A stretch of 54,313 nt of DNA from Octopus bimaculoides (Eukaryota): the NCBI RefSeq assembly GCF_001194135.2, contig NC_068996.1, positions 26,236,733-26,291,045 on the forward strand, in the 5' to 3' direction. This document shows, one piece after another, positions 49,955 through 54,313 of this stretch. The notes beneath the pieces are model-generated. The model did not search any database, was not told the origin of the DNA, and saw nothing but the letters and a program-made list of their open reading frames with translations. The translations under genes were made by a program, and so were the position numbers. Position 1 is the stretch's first letter, and every line of letters begins with the position of its first letter.

Positions 49955-50381
49955 ATTGGTTATGACAAGGGTTCCAAATGATCTGACTAACAGAACAGTC
50001 TGTTCATGAAATTAACGAGTGAGTGACTGAGCACTCCACAGACACATATACACTTAATATAGGTCTCAGGGAGATTCAACATGACACAGAGTATAACAAA
50101 GCTGGCCCTTTGAAATACAGGTACTGCTGAAATATAACATATCTTGAATGACACAATGCAGAGTGGACTATAATAACTGTTATAATTTCATTATTCATAG
50201 TCTGATATAATATTTCGGAATATAAAAATTCCTTCTTCAGATATGTGCCATTCAAGACATGTTATATTTCACAAACAACACACAATACTTCCAGCGAACT
50301 ACAATACTCCACTACAGGTGCTACTCATTTTTGACAGCTGAGTGGAATGAAGCAATGTGAAATAAAGTGTCTTGCTCAAGG
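49955..50381 (-). mobile_element. SINE family C carrying a foldback insertion
   Basis: Family C sequence is interrupted between about 50128 and 50312. Confidence 0.72.
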
Positions 50382-50456
50382 ACGTAGGTAGTTTTGTACA
50401 CACATACACACACGCACGCGTGTACATCCATACATGCAAACAAATATATATTATAT

Positions 50457-50606
50457 GGTATTATAGATCTATTTCAGCCAATTTTATTAATTAGTTTCAC
50501 ACATGAGTTAGGGGATGACCCAAGACACCATTCAGAAGAACTAGAATAAAATGTATGGCTATGCAAAACTAGTTGTTAAAATTAGCTGAAATAGATCTAT
50601 AATGCC
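50457..50606. mobile_element. Small MITE-like foldback, about 45-bp arms
   Basis: ggtattatagatctatttcagccaatttt.. (50457-50501) versus ..aaaattagctgaaatagatctataatgcc (50562-50606). Confidence 0.7.
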
Positions 50607-51300
50607 GTGTACTATAAATATTAATATACCCACTCTCATAACCAGTATATGAATACATGTTTTTTTTTTGTATTTATGGATTTTTAGACAAACTATATAT
50701 ATATATATATATGTATANNNNNNNNNNATATATATATATATATATATATAGTTTGTCTAAAAATCCATAAATATATATATATATGTATGTATGCATGTAT
50801 GCATGTATGTATATATGTATGTATATATGTATGTATGTATGTGTATATATGTAGATAGCTAGATAGATTGATGAATAATTGATATTACACTTTGTATTCA
50901 TTTAACTCTAAAGTATAAGCATATTGAGTTCTTGCTATGCCTAAGTGAACTCATAAAATATATATACATATACGTGTGTGTGTGTATACATACACACACA
51001 CACACACACTGACATAGATACTCACACACTGACATAGACACACATACACACATGTAACTACATATCTGGTTATATACATATATATATATGTGTGCATGTG
51101 TGTGTATGAGCATGTGTGCATGTGAACATGTTTGTCCACTACAACTTAATGCATCTGAATTCATTTGAATGAGAGTAATCAGTAAATAATTAATGATAAA
51201 CTAAATAACTTAGAAGTATAACAAAGTCTTTGTGATGAACATGGAACAGAACTTATGAAACATATGAACCAACAATGCATTACATGCACATACATATGTG

Positions 51301-51362
<62 letters not shown>

Positions 51363-52353
51363 GCAAACGCATATATAAATAGGTATAGATATAGACTATG
51401 TAGATATTATATATATATATACATATATATATAACATTTTTATTAGGTTACTGCTAGCTGCATTTCAGTAAGTTGTTTAATGACCTACTTTATCAACCAA
51501 TTTTTTGGGGGAAAGAATCATGGCTGGCTGCTCACTTAAATAAGCCAGCACATTTTCTTTTGGTTCCAATTGTAAGCAAGGTTGTATGATCAATTCAACT
51601 AAAAATACATACATCTCATTGAAAATAGCTATTCCAAAATCAATACCAAGCATTATTCATCAAAATTTTCATTAAAACACATGTTCAAAATGCACCTAAA
51701 CCATCTTAAATCAACATTTTCGATGTATAGAGATAAATAACTAAGTTTCACAATTTTATATTTTGAGGAGAAAATATAGCTGTCACATGAATGAGACATG
51801 AGACCTGCTTTTGTTTTCTGGTTTTTTTTTGATAGGTGGGTGGAGTGGTATTATCTAAATACATTTATAATACATGTTTTAATGAAATAAATGTAATTTC
51901 ACTTTGAGTATTTGTACTTTTGATCTAACGTGCCATTTGACCTTTGTACCAATGATGATTCTCATTTCTTAACTGACTTATCCTGCACAAAATGCTATTT
52001 GTCATTCGGAATCTTGTTATGATGGTGGTTATGGTTCTATATTCACATATGCGATCTAAGTCTCCCCTTCTATCAGCTTCTCTATCTTGTTATGATGATT
52101 TTTACTTTGGTGTATATGTATTATGTATGTATGTGTGTACAGTATGTATCTGAAATCTCTTGTTCTGCCATTCTCCTGGTTTAATTAAGCCAAAGAGTAG
52201 AGATATCAACTGGTAATAACTTAAAGAAGAAATCAGATAGTTAATAACATGTTGAAACATGAAATTGAACCAGAGATATTTAGATCATTACTCTACTGCT
52301 CTGTGAACTAAGGTATTTCAGTTTCCTGCTGGTGACCTCGTTATTTTGTAGTA

Positions 52354-52386
<33 letters not shown>

Positions 52387-52794
52387 CATGCACACACACA
52401 TTTAATGTTATTATAATAAATAAGTTTGTTGTAATTTTAAACATCCAAGCCTAAAATGAGAAATTGGAGAAAGACGCGGTCCTCTAACACACTGCATCCT
52501 GTTAAAATGTCCTACCCATGCCAGCATAGAAAACTGACATAGGATAATGATGATTTGCACATTTCTGATAGATGTTTCAGATCTGTTTGGAATTTATGGA
52601 TTTGCATAAAGCGTAGGCATGGTTGTATTGCTAAGTAATCTCTTTTGCAACCATGCAATTTTAGAATCTAAGATGCAATCCCACTGTGTGGCAGTTTGAG
52701 CAAATGTCTTCTATGATAGCATTGAGCTGTGCAAAATTTTCTGAGTGGATTTAGTTGATGGAAACTAAAAGAAGCTTCTTGTGTACACACACAC

Positions 52795-53530
52795 GATTCC
52801 AGGTTCAATCTCACTGCATGTCACCTTGGGCAAGTGCTTACTAGTATAGCCTCAGGCCGATCAAAGCCTTGTGAGTGGATTTGGTAGACGGAAAATGAAA
52901 GAAGTCCATTGTATATATATATGTATGTGTGTATGAGTGTCTGTGTTTGTCCCCCAAACATCACTTAACAACCGATGCTGGTGTGTTTATGTCCCCGTAA
53001 CTTAGCGGTTCGGCAAAAAGAGACCGATAGNNNNNNNNNNNNNNNNNNNNNNNNNNNNNNNNNNNNNNNNNNNNNNNNNNNNNNNNNNNNNNNNNNNNNN
53101 NNNNNNNNNNNNNNTATATATATATCTGTTGGAGTCTCAGCTTTTTTAGCTGCTATTTCTGAACTTCGGTATATGGTGAAGCAAATGCTTGCTGATCCCT
53201 TAATTATGTATATATATATATATATAACATCCACCCCTAGTGGTCAGCCACACTTAAGTGGCAATACACTTCACTTTATCGTGCAGTTACTGTTAATACT
53301 TCATTTAGAGAATTAACATTGCTTATATATATATATATGTTTGTGTGTCTGTATTTCTTCCCCCACCATTGCTTGACAACTGATGTTGGTGTGTTTATCT
53401 CCGCGTAACTTAGCAGTTTGGCAAGAGAGACTGATAGGCTTACAAAGAATAAGTCTTGGGATCGATTTCTTTGACTAAAGGCGGTGCTCCAGCATGACAA
53501 CAGTAAAAATGACTGAAACAAATAAAAGAA
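52795..53530 (+). mobile_element. SINE family A pieces
   Basis: Copy at 52795-53030 running into a gap, and a 3' half at about 53340-53530. Confidence 0.8.
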
Positions 53531-53861
53531 TACCATAAGTGAGTAACAAAGACGTGCAGGTGTCAATTCATTACGGCCGTTTCAAGCAACTCCTTTAATT
53601 GATTAATGGAAACATTACATCACCTAAAAGAAACCGTTCCCATCAGATGACTGCATAGACTTCAGACTTGGGGGATACAACCATTTCTTTAACATACTTA
53701 CATTAATAATGGAACTCCTATGGCAAGAATATCAAGTACAAACGTCCCTGCATGAAGTCTTGAAATTCAATATTCAATTAATATTGTTTGGGTATGCGGA
53801 TTATACTGACCTAGCAAGGTGCCTCAATTTAAGTACCTAATTCAATGGAATCTTATTTATA

Positions 53862-53910
<49 letters not shown>

Positions 53911-54313
53911 AGTCTATGGCAAGTTTAATCTTTCCGTAGTAGGTGGAGCTCTGCTGAATGATAATTAAGTTGTAGGGTAGGTTCTGAGAGTAAGATATGG
54001 ATGATTTTTTATTGATTAAATCTGGTGTTGTGTTCAGAATTAAGTCATGCATGTAGAACTTTGTAATCAGGTGTGTCTATTTAAGTGTGTCAGCTTAGGT
54101 CTTGAGATTTTTTAGGGTTCACAAAAATAATTAGGTAAGTAGAAAGATCAGATTATCAGCAGATGTGTAACTAAGTTTAATTGTTGTTGTTGATTTTATT
54201 TGAATACTAATGGAAAATGTGGAGGTTGTTGCTCAAAGTTCAGACCAGCATATCAAATTTTGCAATTAAATGTCTTTATTTTCCTCTATCACCACAAATT
54301 ATTCCAATAATAT

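Noticed and set aside
50671-50773. Perfect 27-bp inverted repeat around (TA)n
   Set aside because: Centred on a 10-N gap in a self-complementary repeat; probably a reversed contig end.

Overview
AT-rich, repeat-saturated animal DNA from a gappy draft assembly. The repeat inventory (tRNA-derived SINEs, RTE LINEs, dense AT/AC/AAT/CAT microsatellites) most resembles Octopus; this is an inference. No intact host gene could be identified, and almost all tracked ORFs are microsatellite, N-gap or transposon artefacts. Supported content: four tRNA-headed SINE families (called A-D here), several RTE LINE 3' fragments, about 11 R4/Dong-clade restriction-like-endonuclease (RLE) LINE fragments sitting in (AAT)n tracts, one Tx1/L1 fragment, three decayed Tc1/mariner transposons (Tc1, mariner, DD37D maT), piggyBac-type and hAT-type MITEs, and several foldback elements. 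Most unusual: a 983-bp GGATC...GATCC long-TIR element carrying telomeric repeats (28380-29362), a degenerate hammerhead ribozyme (28127-28194), an RT-deleted Dong element (44380-45760), a PHD-like finger inside an RTE ORF2 (1631-1737), and a self-nested piggyBac-MITE foldback (41278-42088). All alignments were done by eye and many boundaries are approximate.
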